A DNA stretch of 63,066 nt, filler included, from Ministeria vibrans ATCC 50519 (Eukaryota > Protista > Filasterea), in assembly GCA_943704425.1 (NCBI GenBank). It is 7 parts of 7 records of this genome, joined end to end, with 100 filler letters (N's around TTAATTAATTAA, not from the genome) between each part and the next. Parts side by side here need not be neighbours in the genome. Positions count along the whole stretch, not along the records: positions 39,660 to 53,349 come from CALSCP010001825.1; positions 53,450 to 58,237 come from CALSCP010001581.1; positions 58,338 to 59,845 come from CALSCP010000567.1; positions 59,946 to 61,965 come from CALSCP010000285.1; 3 more parts are not named here. One strand, given 5' to 3'. The translations under genes and the position numbers were made by a program. Below are positions 41,980-60,145 of the stretch, piece after piece (position 1 is the stretch's first letter; each line of letters begins with the position of its first letter). The notes under the pieces are model-generated. The model saw only the letters and a program-made list of their open reading frames with translations, was not told the origin of the DNA and did not search any database.

Positions 41980-43596
41980 CATCTAACCGAATTTACGCTC
42001 CACCAGCTCCCCCGTCGCCACTAGTACTACTACTCCTGCTCCCACTTACATTGCGCCCTCCTCCTCTCGTGGCTCTCCCCGTCTCACCGGCCTTTCTGCC
42101 TCTCTTGCCGCCCTTCTCGGCTGTCAGTACATGCCACGTTCCACTGTTCACAAACGCATTTGGGCTCTCATCGGCTCAAGAAATCTCAAGGTCTGAATAG
42201 AAATATTTTTGTCCTTTTCTTACCCTTTTTTGCTCTCTCATAATTGTGTATCGCTTATTCGCTGACACACACTCTAAAATATTGATCCGTTTGTTTGGTC
42301 TTTCTCTTCTCCTCTGACTGGCTCCTTCTGGCTTCTCTCTTTTTCTTTTTTGTTGTCGCTTCTCAGAAAGACTCAAAGGACCGTCGGTCGTATCTTCTTG
42401 ATGGCGAGCTGAGTGGTCTTTTGGGGGCAGACCGAGTCAATTTGGCATCACTTTCGCCACTGCTGAACAAGCATATGCGGTTGGAACTGAAGGATCCTCA
42501 GGAAATCAGTACAGCAAAGAAGGGTACGAGGGAAAGTTGATGAGCGAATGGGGGAGGGGGGGATTGTATTGATGTATGTTTTTTTTTTGTGTAGAATGGA
42601 TTGAGTTTCAGGCAAGGGAAGAAATGGAAACAGCAGAGCATTTTCAAGCACAGAATGAGAAGAGGAAGCGACGAGGCAGAGGAGGAGGAGTTGGAGGAGG
42701 AGGCAAGAAGACGGAAGGGAGTCGGAAGAGGAAGAAGGGGAGTAGTGAGAGCGATTTGAGTGACGAAGAGAGCGACGAATTGAGTGATGACGACGACGAC
42801 GATGATGATGATGGTGATGATGATATGGTGGAGGGAGCCGGAGAGGACGACGAGGAGATGAGTGAGATGGAGAGTGAGGATGATAGTGAGGATGATGATT
42901 TGGATGATGATGAGGATGATGATGATGTGGTGATGAGTGTGGGGCGCAAAAGGAGACGTGGCACTTCGTCAACTGCTGCTGCTACGAGTGCGTCTGCGGG
43001 TGGGAAGAGTGCTGCTGTGCAGTTGGATGCTGATGGGAATGTCAAGAAGACACGGAAGAAGAGAGTCCAGCGTCCCGGCACTGGCAGTTTCCATCGGTAC
43101 ATCAATCCTATTCGTTTTCCTTAACGCTAAACACCCGTTCAGGTTCTACCGTCTCTCTGACCCTCTCGCTGCCTTTATTGGTGCCACCGAGCCAGTCATG
43201 ACGCGCAGTGAGACCATGCGAAGGGTTTGGGCTACTATTCGCGACCGTGGAATTCAAGTGAGATCATGAATCCCCCTGCAAACAAATCTAATACTATAAT
43301 AATATTTTTCTTCTTTATTCTAGAAAACAACCGACAAACGGATTCTGGCGTGTGACTCACCCGACTTTTTGGCGATCTTTGAGGCGCCTGAAATCACAAT
43401 GTATGTGTTGAACACCAAGGTCTTTAAGCAGCTGGAGAAGCTGTCGGAGCGGGAGCACGCAGAGTGTGTGGCGCGTGCAGAGAAGGTCAAGAAGGATGTG
43501 GGTGGTGCTAATGCTGTGAATGGCGCTGGTGCTGCTGGTGCCTGTGCTGCTGGAAAATTTAATTCTGAGCTGTCGACTGAGCCCGATTCCCTTTGA
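40606..43596 (+). CDS. DEK-C + multiple SWIB/MDM2 domain protein (UAF30/Tri1-like)
   Basis: DEK-C: ELLHSIEDILDGVDLQKWSVKRVRQRLE. SWIB-like units: LSPELAALVG...DPKDGR; KDSKDRRSYLLDGELSGLLG; LSDPLAAFIG...MTRSETMRRVW. Long acidic linker. Confidence 0.8.
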
Positions 43597-43628
43597 AAAC
43601 AATACGTGGGCTTTTCCCTACCTCCGTT

Positions 43629-43676
<48 letters not shown>

Positions 43677-43852
43677 AATAAAATTAGTAGTATCATGAAA
43701 TTTACATTGAATAATAATAAAAATAATAATAATTAATTTATTATTATTATTAGTATTCGTTATTATTGGTGTTGTTGTCATTTATAAGATTTGATTATTT
43801 TTTCTTATAATACTATTTTTAATTTACTAAAAATTTGTACTCTTGGTTATTT

Positions 43853-44515
43853 TTACTCAGTCTGCGTCTCAGCTTCAAACTTCTCTCGTGCACTCTTTGT
43901 GAGTTTATACCGCCCGTCCTCAATCAGGTCGATCCTTTCATCTTCGGGTGTCTTCTCGAGCACCGCCTGAACACGATCGCGCTCCGATTCGATCTCGGCG
44001 ACAGTTTCGGGCGAGGCAAATTCGCGTGCGAGCGACAGGTACGGTTCGTACATTTCGGTGAGCATGGGCACGCGTTTGCGCTCTTCAAAGTAGACCCGGT
44101 CGTGTGCAACGTAGCGTTGGGCATATTCCCATGCTTCGGGAGTGGATTCCTTTTGAAGACTCTCCAGGATGGCGTCAAGAGTGGCGCGGTCGGGTCGCAG
44201 TGCCTGCATGGGCAGATCCTCAAAGGCAAAGCGCGCCTTGGCGTACGCACCGTTCTCCGTAAACGCATCAATGAGGTCCACATAGGTGTCGTGCCACGGG
44301 AACAGTCCGTACTTCACGCGCTTCAGGACCATCTCGAGCACAAGGTCGTGCAGCCCAATGTCCATCACCTTGGACAGCACCAAGGTCGTGCCGCTTCGGT
44401 TTGACTTTGTGTCGGCGTCGCGCACTCGCTCAAACGCCTTCTTCAGCACCGCTACGTCCTCCTCATCAGAAGGATCAACTGCCTCAATCAGTGGCGGCAT
44501 TCGAGTCGCGAGTCT

Positions 44516-44520
<5 letters not shown>
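43853..44520 (-). CDS. PPR-like mitoribosomal protein mS27-like, C-terminal exon
   Basis: VLEMVLKRVKYGLFPWHDTYVDLIDAFTENGAYAKA resembles the MRPS27 K..YG.FPD..T...L.D.F motif. Confidence 0.55.
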
Positions 44521-44609
<89 letters not shown>

Positions 44610-44850
44610 CAGAAACAAAGTAATAAAAAGAGAGAAAAACAAAGTGATAAAGAGAGAGAAACAAAGTGATAAAGAGAGAGAAACAAAGTGATAAAGAGAG
44701 AGAAACAAAGTGATAAAGAGAGAGAAACAAAGTGATAAAAAGAGAGGAACAAAGTAATAGAGAGAGAGAGAGAAAGAGAAAGAGAGAGGTGAGACGCGAG
44801 AGAGTGAGAGAGAGAGGTGAGACGCGAGAGAGGACAGGCGATGTGCACTC

Positions 44851-46220
<1,370 letters not shown>

Positions 46221-46471
46221 ATCAGCAGACACAAAATACGTGCCCAAAAGAAGAACAGAGAGACGCCATGGAGAGAGACAGACAAGAAAGAAAAAGACAT
46301 AGAAAGAGAGAGAGTGTGTGTGAGTGAGTACGTGAGTCAGAGTGAAAGTGAGTGAAAAGTGAGTGAAAAGTGAGTAAAAGTGAGTAAAAAGTGAGTGAAA
46401 GTGAGTAGAAAGTGAGTGAAAGTGAGTGAAAGTGAGTGAAAGCGAGTAAAAGTGAGTAAAAGTGAGTNNNN

Positions 46472-46520
<49 letters not shown>

Positions 46521-46579
46521 AGAGAGAGAGAAAGTGAGAGATTGTCTCTTGCATCTAAATTTTTCAGGTTTCGCTCTCA

Positions 46580-46694
46580 CTTGATAGGAAATCGCTGCGT
46601 ATCTTTCCACAGCTGCACGGCAAGTTCCTTCAGCTCGGCGTTGGGCTTGCCCAGGAACACATTCTCATGGTCAATCCACATCCATCCCTCTGAG

Positions 46695-46727
<33 letters not shown>

Positions 46728-46972
46728 AGAGTCACACACAAAAATTTCTTATATTCGTTTCATTTGTGAATACCTGGTTGCGGTTTCTGTTCGAGTGCCT
46801 GTTGGTGCAGTTGGTCCAGCTCGGGTTTCCTTTGAAATATCTCACTGGGCGATCGCGGACGTCTTTTTGAGTGTCTTCTTTTGAATCCTCTAAAGGGCAC
46901 CGCAAGGGACTGTATTGGCATGCTGCCGGGAAACGGTAGCCGCCTTGTCGCTGTTACTGCAAGGCGAAGCAT
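46580..46972 (-). CDS. N-terminal exons of a mitochondrial protein (probably the mS27-like gene)
   Basis: Arg-rich presequence MLRLAVTATRRLPF...FRGFKRRH, an intron, then EGWMWIDHENVFLGKP. It does not resemble an MCM5 N-terminus. Confidence 0.5.
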
Positions 46973-47053
46973 AGCAGTCGGAAATATAATCAAAAATGTA
47001 ATTAGTGTGATTATCATTTAACATTTTGAACTTTGTTCAAACTTTTTCTTGTC

Positions 47054-51711
<4,658 letters not shown>

Positions 51712-51826
51712 CTTTTTTTTTTTGTGTGTGTTGTCTTTTCTTTATTCTTTCCGACGTTGAATGCACTCTATCCTATCTCTCTTTGTACGAACGATGGATC
51801 GAAAAAAAAGAGACTATTTTCATTGT

Positions 51827-53192
51827 TTATTTGTTGATGTGAGCGTGAGCAGTACTCTCTTGTGCGGTAGGCGGAGGAGGAGTGCCTTTGTCGGCCAAGG
51901 TGTTGATGTACTCGCGCAGCAATTGCGCTCGCTCAATTTCCAGGCACGACATTGCGTGGAAACGTTGGTCCTTCTACAAATTATTTTGGTTTAATTTTCT
52001 TTCTTTCCACTTGCTCTCAATTTATTTTCTCTCAAACACTTTGCTCTCATTCTGTGTTCCAATCTCTTACCGAAAGTGCATGATTGATTTCTTCGCTATG
52101 GTCTTCAGACTTTGCGCCTTCCAACAATTCCCGACTCAAGTGTGAAATGGCTCTCGTTTCCTGCACAGAGAAAGAAAGAAAAGAGAGAAGCGTGTTTTCG
52201 AGTAAGTTTGTTGGAAAGCCGCGAGTTGGGGTTTTTTACTTTGAGCAGTTGAATAAATTGGGCTTTTGCTCGCTCAATTCGCTGTGCGCGGTATTGGTAG
52301 TAGAGAGTCTGGCGATGTTTCTCATCAGAATCTACGCGAAAAGAGACACGATGAGAGTCAGTAACAGTGGGCTTAGTTTTTTTGAGACGAAGAGCCATCT
52401 AAACCTGAAATGGAATCGGGGCCCCTGATGAGACGCGAGAGAACGGATTGGGCAATATGGGGCTGAATGATAGGCCATTCGGCGGTGAGAGGAATAGAGA
52501 GAGTGGTGCAGACCCGTTCGATTTCAGAGTGAAAGTCACTGACTCTGCGCTGGTGGAGAGACCAGAGATGGTCCGTGAAGAGTGCTTCAAGCTGACTGGG
52601 TGACAGACCAGCACTCAGCGCCTGAGTGTATTCCGTAGACTGAGACAGACGACTTTGCACGTCACTCCAAGTGTCCTATTAATAATAAAAGCAGTGAGTT
52701 TATACTAATTTTGTCTGCCTCTTTCTCACACACAAACACATGATGCACATTCGCACAATTCTCGTGCTCACTCTCTCTGTCTCACAAGTATAAAATTCTC
52801 GCTCTGTCTCACAAGTATAAAATTCTCGCTCTGTCTCACAAGTATAAAATTCTCGCTCTGTCTCACAAATATAATTATACACACATGACTCTTGTCTGCC
52901 TCCGTCACACATATATACACACAGAGAGAAAGAGAGAGAAACAAAAGGAGAGAGAGAGAAGGGAGAAAGAAACAAAAGTGATAAAGAGAGAGACACTCAC
53001 CGTCATTTCCCTCACTGCATCCCTCAGCAGTGCCTTCCACGCCTCTTCCGCTTCCGTCCTCCGCACATTCTCCCGTCCCCTCCGTCTCGCCCGCTCCAGC
53101 TCAGCTTGTGACTCACGCACAACTGTGCTTCGTGACGCCATTGCCTGTCTCATCCGCTGTTTCTTTCGCTCACAGTAATCATTGAAAACCCT
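51827..53192 (-). CDS. TCERG1: TCERG1/CA150 FF-domain region (3' part only)
   Basis: EAEEAWKALLRDAVRE, FF-like repeats, and C-terminal LLREYINTLADKGTPPPPTA. Confidence 0.8.
52775..52868. repeat. 27-bp intronic minisatellite, about 3.5 copies
   Basis: ctctgtctcacaagtataaaattctcg repeated in tandem. Confidence 0.9.
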
Positions 53193-53219
53193 CTAACACA
53201 AAAGTTAGATAATCACTCA

Positions 53220-53349
<130 letters not shown>

Positions 53350-53449
53350 NNNNNNNNNNNNNNNNNNNNNNNNNNNNNNNNNNNNNNNNNNNNTTAATTA
53401 ATTAANNNNNNNNNNNNNNNNNNNNNNNNNNNNNNNNNNNNNNNNNNNN

Positions 53450-53562
<113 letters not shown>

Positions 53563-53597
53563 TAAGTTTGGGTTAGGGTTAGGCGTTTCACACTTAC

Positions 53598-55015
53598 GGG
53601 CATTGTTCTCGCTTCTGTCACTTCTTTTTGCATTGCTGCAACTTCTCGTTCGAGTCGGTCTGTGTGCGAGCGGATCTTGGCGTTGCTCATCTCAACAGAG
53701 TCACGCAAGTTCTGCTCCAAATGAGAAATGTCGTCACAACCGTCGAGAAAGAGCGAATATGCCTCTTGAAGGAACTGGAAGAACATCTGGTTGTCATCAT
53801 CCTGTGCAACAAAGAGAGTGAATGGGAATTTTTCGATGAAGTTAAAAGTTGAGTGAGTGTGACTGGTGGGGTGTACCTCTTCTTCGGGTGTGGGGTAGAG
53901 GATGGCGTCAATGTCAACGTGCATGCTGAAGGAGGCGACTTCAACAAGCCACGAGAGGGCGCCCAACAGGGTGGGCCAGGCGTGGGGGCTGCCGACGGCA
54001 AAAAGCGCACTCTTGTTGATGGTGAAGGGGTAGCGAATGCGCTTGAAGATGGCAGGGATGTCGTCCTCGTACTTGAACTTGGCGTCGAACGTGTAGTTGT
54101 TGTCGAGGAAACTGTAGACAAACTGGAAGATTTGACGGAAGTCTTTGATGCTCGGCGACGACAGCATCTTGTGTGTGATGCTGTAGTTGTAGCCATTTTC
54201 GGAGAGAAACTGGATCAGAGCGCGGATCTGCAGCTGCATGTACTGACGATCGCCAAGCGGTCGTGGGTCCTTCATTGTTGTGATCAGTCCGTCTGCCATT
54301 GACGAGCGTCGCCCCATCACCGACTTGCGGCGATCCCCGCCCATGCTGGGACGTCCCATGCTGGGCCGGCCGCTGGACGACGAGGCCATGCCGCTGCTGG
54401 CACCCCCAACTGAACTCCGACTCTGCGAACGAAACGACAAAAAGGGCAAAGTTTTGTGAGTGCGATGTTGGATGGAAAGGAGGCGAGTGTGTTTGGCAGC
54501 GGTTGCGCTAAGCAAACTTGGAGAGGTGAATGGATGGCTGTGCGGAAGAGAACCTGAGGCACAGCACTCGCCAAAGAGGTGTTTGGAGTTCGCCGGGAAA
54601 TTTGAAAAATTTGAAAATGCAAAAGACACATTGGATGTTTTTTTTGACCAAAACGCCACAAAAACTGACACCGTAGGATTGACTTGTGCATGCGAGGCAG
54701 AGAGAAAAGGCGATTCTTTTGCTCAGGGTCATATTGAAAAGGTCGCAACGAAAAAACTTTTTTTGACAACTTGTCTTTCGCACTCTGCTTACGGGGATTC
54801 CGGTGGCTTTTTGAGGCTTGGAGACTCGCATAGGACCCATAGACTGGCGTCCCGAGGCAACGTTGGCCTGTTCGCAAAGAAGAAGACGCAAAAAGACGAA
54901 AGAGAGAGGAAAGAGACGAAAGAGGGGTTGAGTTTCAAAAACTTGCTCTTGTGCACTCGCCAACCTGGCTTGGTGTCACTGCACCAAGGGCAGTGCGTTG
55001 AGAAGTGCCGCTCAT
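53598..55015 (-). CDS. NDC80: Kinetochore protein NDC80/Hec1 (5' part only)
   Basis: KDPRPLGDRQY...FLSENGY...PSIKDF...YPFTINKSALFAVGSPHAWPTLLGALSWL. The upstream exons start MSGTSQRTALG. Confidence 0.92.
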
Positions 55016-55574
55016 GACAACAGTTTCAAGACAAAAATCAAATAAAATAATTACTATGAATGATTAATTTGAAAATATTATACAATGTCTTTTCCGTCTT
55101 CTTCTTTGCAAACAGGCTAACGTCGTTTTGGATCGCCCCTCAGACTGAGTGAGTCAGACAGACCTCAGTTATTCGCCAGTCTATGGGTTCTATGAATAAA
55201 TTATTTCTGATTATCATCAATATTGTGACGAAGCGCTGACACACACACGACATACAGAGACCAATCAGCCAACACTTTAGCTATTGCCAGTTTGCCTCCC
55301 TCTGATACAAGATACAACGTTGCGTCATCGACTCACATCAGCTTGTGAGAATTCAGTGCAGCGCCTCACTTTTTCGTGTTTCTACACAATGAGAAACGTA
55401 ATGTATCCTCTCTTGGCCTTAGGATGTTATACATTATTAATGAATAATGGTCTTAATAGTGACTGAGCGCCGACCTCATTTATACACATTCGCGCAGACT
55501 CGTGCTAACCGTGTCGGTGTTTCAACAGCGTTTGTTCTAAATAATGGACAAATAAATGAATTAGTATTAATAAT

Positions 55575-55670
55575 AATTAGAAGAAAAATACAACCCATTT
55601 ATTAATGATACAGTCACCACGCGTCACCCACGCGAATTAGAAGAAGAAGAAGAATACAACCCATTTATTA
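55575..55670 (+). repeat. Second copy of the dispersed AT-rich repeat
   Basis: Shares aatacaacccatttattaatgatacagtcaccacgcg with the 33220-33350 copy. Confidence 0.8.
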
Positions 55671-56054
55671 AAATGAATGGCAACGAAGTGAGAATGCACA
55701 ATTACTTTAGGCGTGCCAGCTATCGTGTGGTACCGTCACTACCGTGCCGTTCCATCCAGCTTATTGACTTCAAATTAACTCTTTATTCCAATGGTTCCAT
55801 GGACAGTTTCAAATTCAATGATTCGGATTTCGGATTTCCCCCTACTTAGCCCAAGTAGATTATTATCATATTCTAATCATCATTCTTCCTTCCTCTTGAC
55901 TCGAAAGCGTATACCCTTTCCGCAAAAATAGTAAGCGCAAGTGATGCATTCATGCATAGAGTTGACGTTATGTGTGTTTGCGTCCATTTTGCGTACATCA
56001 CATGGGACCGTATTAATTTTGTGTTTTGTGTTCTTTTTTTTTTGTTTTAACGAA

Positions 56055-56358
56055 GTTTCAATTCGTTTTTCGTGCCAACTACAAATTCTGCATGACTTCT
56101 GTCGCTGCCGTTCATGTGAGTAGTGTTAGGGGTGCTGTTTGTTTGTCTGGAGTGATCCGCGGGGGCTGATGCTGCTCTGCAGATGTGTTCGGATCCAATT
56201 TGTTTTCGCTTTTTGTTTTCCTTTTTTTTGGTTTCAATTCGTTTTTCGTGTCATCTACAAATTCTGCATAACTTTCGTCGCTTTCGTTCATGTGAGTAGT
56301 GTTAGGGGTGCTGTTTGTTCGTCTGGGGTGATCCGCGGGGGATAATGCTTCGCAGATC
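56055..56358. repeat. Diverged tandem duplication (period about 176 bp)
   Basis: tttcaattcgtttttcgtg...gttcatgtgagtagtgttaggggtgctgtttgtt...gtgatccgcggggg occurs twice. Confidence 0.85.
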
Positions 56359-56810
56359 TATTTTTTTCTCTTCCCTTGTGGGTGTGGTGGAATTTTTTTA
56401 TGACGTTGGTGTTTGCTTGCGATTACTATGCATTTGCGGTGGTCCGCACTCCGCAAGGGCCGATATGGCTGGGTCTTTTGGTCTCACTGCAATGGTTGAA
56501 TGGAATCTCAGTGTGTCTATTCGAAGTTTATTCGAAGGAATGAATGACGATACCATTATAATTATCGTCATTCATTCTCGAAGTCCCTTCCGCTTTTCCT
56601 AAAGCCGAACCTCCAATGAACCTTCAATAGCCCTAACTATTTACGATGGGGCTACTAAGACTTCTTATATACACATGCACAATTGAGAGACATTCGTTGT
56701 ACAGTGGCTGGCTGAGGTTGTGGTGGCTTTTTTTGATTGGATAGCCATGAAAGCCTTATAACAATAATAATTATTATTATTCATTTTCTTCTCTCTGTAC
56801 AGGTTTAACC

Positions 56811-57333
56811 ATGAAGTTATTCTCGCTTGTTTGTCTGATGATGGGGCTCTCTGTTGGTTCCGCTACGTTTCAACGTTGCCAGCTCCAGGCGTACTGCAAC
56901 GCGAACGGTAGTGGTGCACCGAAGATGCACGCTGGTCTTGAGGGCTCTGCAAACAACTACGCACGCAGCAGTTGCAAGCAAGTAAGTAATATACTAATAT
57001 TGCCACTTTTTTGTCACAGTGTTTATCTTCTTCTAATGAATCTAATCAAATATTTTATTATAATTTTTATAGCTCTCGGGCGATTTCTACTTCTGCCACA
57101 TGGACATACTGGCTAACGATGGCTTCTCCAAGTTAGATATTTTGAAGGAGGCTGATGATGACCAGGTGGTTATTGTCCGACTTCCAAACAACAACGCGTG
57201 TTCTTACGTTGAGAGTTCCGATTCGACTGGATCCTCAGCGGTGGATATCAATGTGGGTGAGACTACCTCTGCCGCCTCTGCCAGTGTCGTCACAACATGT
57301 ACTGTGCTTTTGATTAAATCTACGATCGTTTAA
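56811..57333 (+). CDS. Small secreted Cys-containing protein (about 143 aa, 2 coding exons)
   Basis: Signal peptide MKLFSLVCLMMGLSVGSA, phase-0 intron 56982-57072, and a Ser/Thr-rich, hydrophobic C-terminus. Confidence 0.6.
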
Positions 57334-57715
57334 GCTCAATCACTTTTTCGTAAAAATAAATATCATAAATGGAACATAAATGCACGCACGATTATGCTGT
57401 CTTTCATACGGTTCGAGTCCTCGTTTTTCATGTTTCGTTATGAGGTTTTGTTTAGAAGTAGAATCGTCTTTTATTCTATTACGCGCATTGCTGCGCTCTA
57501 CTACGGGTCTTGCTATGGTCTTTATTATGTGTAATAATAATATGTGCGGTCCTTCAGAAATCCTTCATCGCTTTATTGGTCTGACTATTTCATGTGCGCC
57601 GCCGCATCTTTGAATATTATTTTTTGATTGATTATTTCTTCTTCTGCTTAAGCTTGAGTAAAGTTTTTATTTCATTTTATTCCTATTAAGATAATAATAG
57701 AATAATAATAATAAT

Positions 57716-57747
<32 letters not shown>

Positions 57748-58190
57748 TTAATAATAATAATAATAATAAATAGTCCATCCCAGCGCTCACCAGTTCCATC
57801 ACAGCCAACAGCCTTGCCAACGGGTTTGGCTTCAACTACATATCTAAATGATCCTTCCGTGCAAAACTGTGTGCCCGGCCCTTCAGAGGAGGCGCACAAC
57901 CGCGCATTCACCCATCCGCACCTCTGCCGTGCGACAGGAAAAGTGAGACAGTCGTTGAGAGGTGTCATAGAAGCATGAAGAGAGTGTCCCCTTACTTGCA
58001 CGAGTAGATCAAAACAAAAACGAAGTAAAGCATTGAAGTATAATAATAATAACTGTATTGTAAGTTTGGGGTTATCTAGACATAGAGAGAGGCCAAAATG
58101 GGCGCAATGGAGAGCAGTTCGAAGGGAGCGCGTCCCTCGATCTCACTCAGGGTCTCAGGACAGCTCTCAGTCGTCCTACAAAGCACACAC

Positions 58191-58237
<47 letters not shown>

Positions 58238-58379
58238 NNNNNNNNNNNNNNNNNNNNNNNNNNNNNNNNNNNNNNNNNNNNTTAATTAATTAANNNNNNN
58301 NNNNNNNNNNNNNNNNNNNNNNNNNNNNNNNNNNNNNCAAAAATAAATCGCATTTGAGTGGTGTGTGTGTGTGGATTAG

Positions 58380-59074
58380 GTGGGTTGGAGCACTTTGTGA
58401 CGGTGAACGTGGCGACAGAATCATCCAAGTTTGGAGTGCCAATCGGGACACTCGAAATGGGTGACGACCAAGGGTATCGCGTGCCCGTGCTGCTACACAC
58501 GCTGCGGCACTGCTTTGACGCCAACGGGGGTGTGTCTCAACCCAATGTGTTCATGCAGGGTGGTGCGGACGACGATGTGTCGGCCATCAAGCGCGCCTTC
58601 TCTCGCGATTCCTTTATGGGCTCGTCCGATGTGCATGCCATCACGTCAGTCATCAAGGTATTAAATTTATTTGGGTGGGTGACAGTGTAGTTGGTTTTGA
58701 TCGTGGGTGATTGTGGTCGTGTCCAGGCGTTCTACCGTGAGCTGCCTGAGCGTGTGTTTGGCGGAATCAGTGCTCACGATGTACTACTGTGCGAGACACG
58801 CGAGCGGGCTGTTGCGCTGTTCAACCAGGCTGTTCATGGCGACAACCGTGCCGTCCTGTTGTGGCTGTTCACTCTGCTGGCTGTTGTCGCAAGTCATTCT
58901 ACCGAAAACAACATGGACCCACAGAAGCTTGGTATCTGCATGACGCCCCATCTGTGGAGCACCCCTGACGACGAGTTTCTCGAGACCGCCGACACTATGC
59001 GTCTCTCTCGCCTTTCCGTCAACTTTGTTACCCATCTTCTCGATCATCACATTGCGGTGGGATTTAATGCGTGA
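58380..59074 (+). CDS. RhoGAP-fold protein (5' end truncated)
   Basis: KFGVPI...VPVLL...DVHAITSVIK/AFYRELPE...NRAVLLWL...NNMDPQKLGICMTPHL. Confidence 0.85.
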
Positions 59075-59945
59075 CTCTGTAATCTAAATACAAACAACTA
59101 AGCAGTCGAGTGTACACATTATGAATATGAAGAATTGTTGGGATCAATCATCAATGAGGTGCACCTAAGCTGGAGTCACTTGTCATGCCAGGTCAGAGGG
59201 ACAAGGTGCTCGAATAATTAATAGTGACTAACATCTCAAAAATAATAATAATAATAATAATAATAACTTAAAACTTTCTATTTGATTCTTCTTATTATCA
59301 TTTTTTTGCCCTTCTCAGTTTCTCTTTCGTGCGACTGCCTCCCATAGTACACCATGACTCCTGAATAGTAAGCTTCTCTGGGTTCATTTCGTCCATTTTT
59401 CTGTTTTTGCGTCTCTTCTCGCTCTGTGGCGTCGCGACCACCGCCTCTCCTACCCCACATCGCATCCACGCACGCTCCAGGGTGATACCCCTTGTTGACG
59501 TGTCGTTTCGCTCTATATGCCATGCAATTGATGAACACGAATGAGAAAAAAAAAACCGACCCTCCGACACGAAACGACAACGAGGCGTCTGCGGTCTTCG
59601 CTCTGCCCTGGACATGTTCCCGCGGTCAACAAGAGAATGCGGGGTGGCAGCGGGGGATGGAAACGCGGACGGCAAAGGGCGCAACCCAGCCGGATATCAT
59701 CGACTCTGCTTCAGCGCCTTCCCTCTCGCCAAATGCGACGCCACCACGCCATCCAGCCCCACCCCTCCCGCGCCCCGCACTCTCCAAACGCCGCATCGTC
59801 CCTTCCCCTCCCCCCTTCCCCCCTCCCTCTCTCCCCCTTGCCCTTNNNNNNNNNNNNNNNNNNNNNNNNNNNNNNNNNNNNNNNNNNNNTTAATTAATTA
59901 ANNNNNNNNNNNNNNNNNNNNNNNNNNNNNNNNNNNNNNNNNNNN

Positions 59946-59990
<45 letters not shown>

Positions 59991-60145
59991 AAGTGATAGA
60001 GAGAGACAAAGTGATAGAGAGAGACAAAGTGATAGAGAGAGACAAAGTGATACAGAGAGAGACAAAGTGATACAGAGAGAGAGACGAGAGATGGGAGAAT
60101 CAGGTCAACAACTGATTATTTGTACAGCGGAGAAAAAAAAGCTCA

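Noticed and set aside
53567-53585. Telomere-like gggttagggttagg
   Set aside because: It is only about two units inside an NDC80 intron, consistent with chance.
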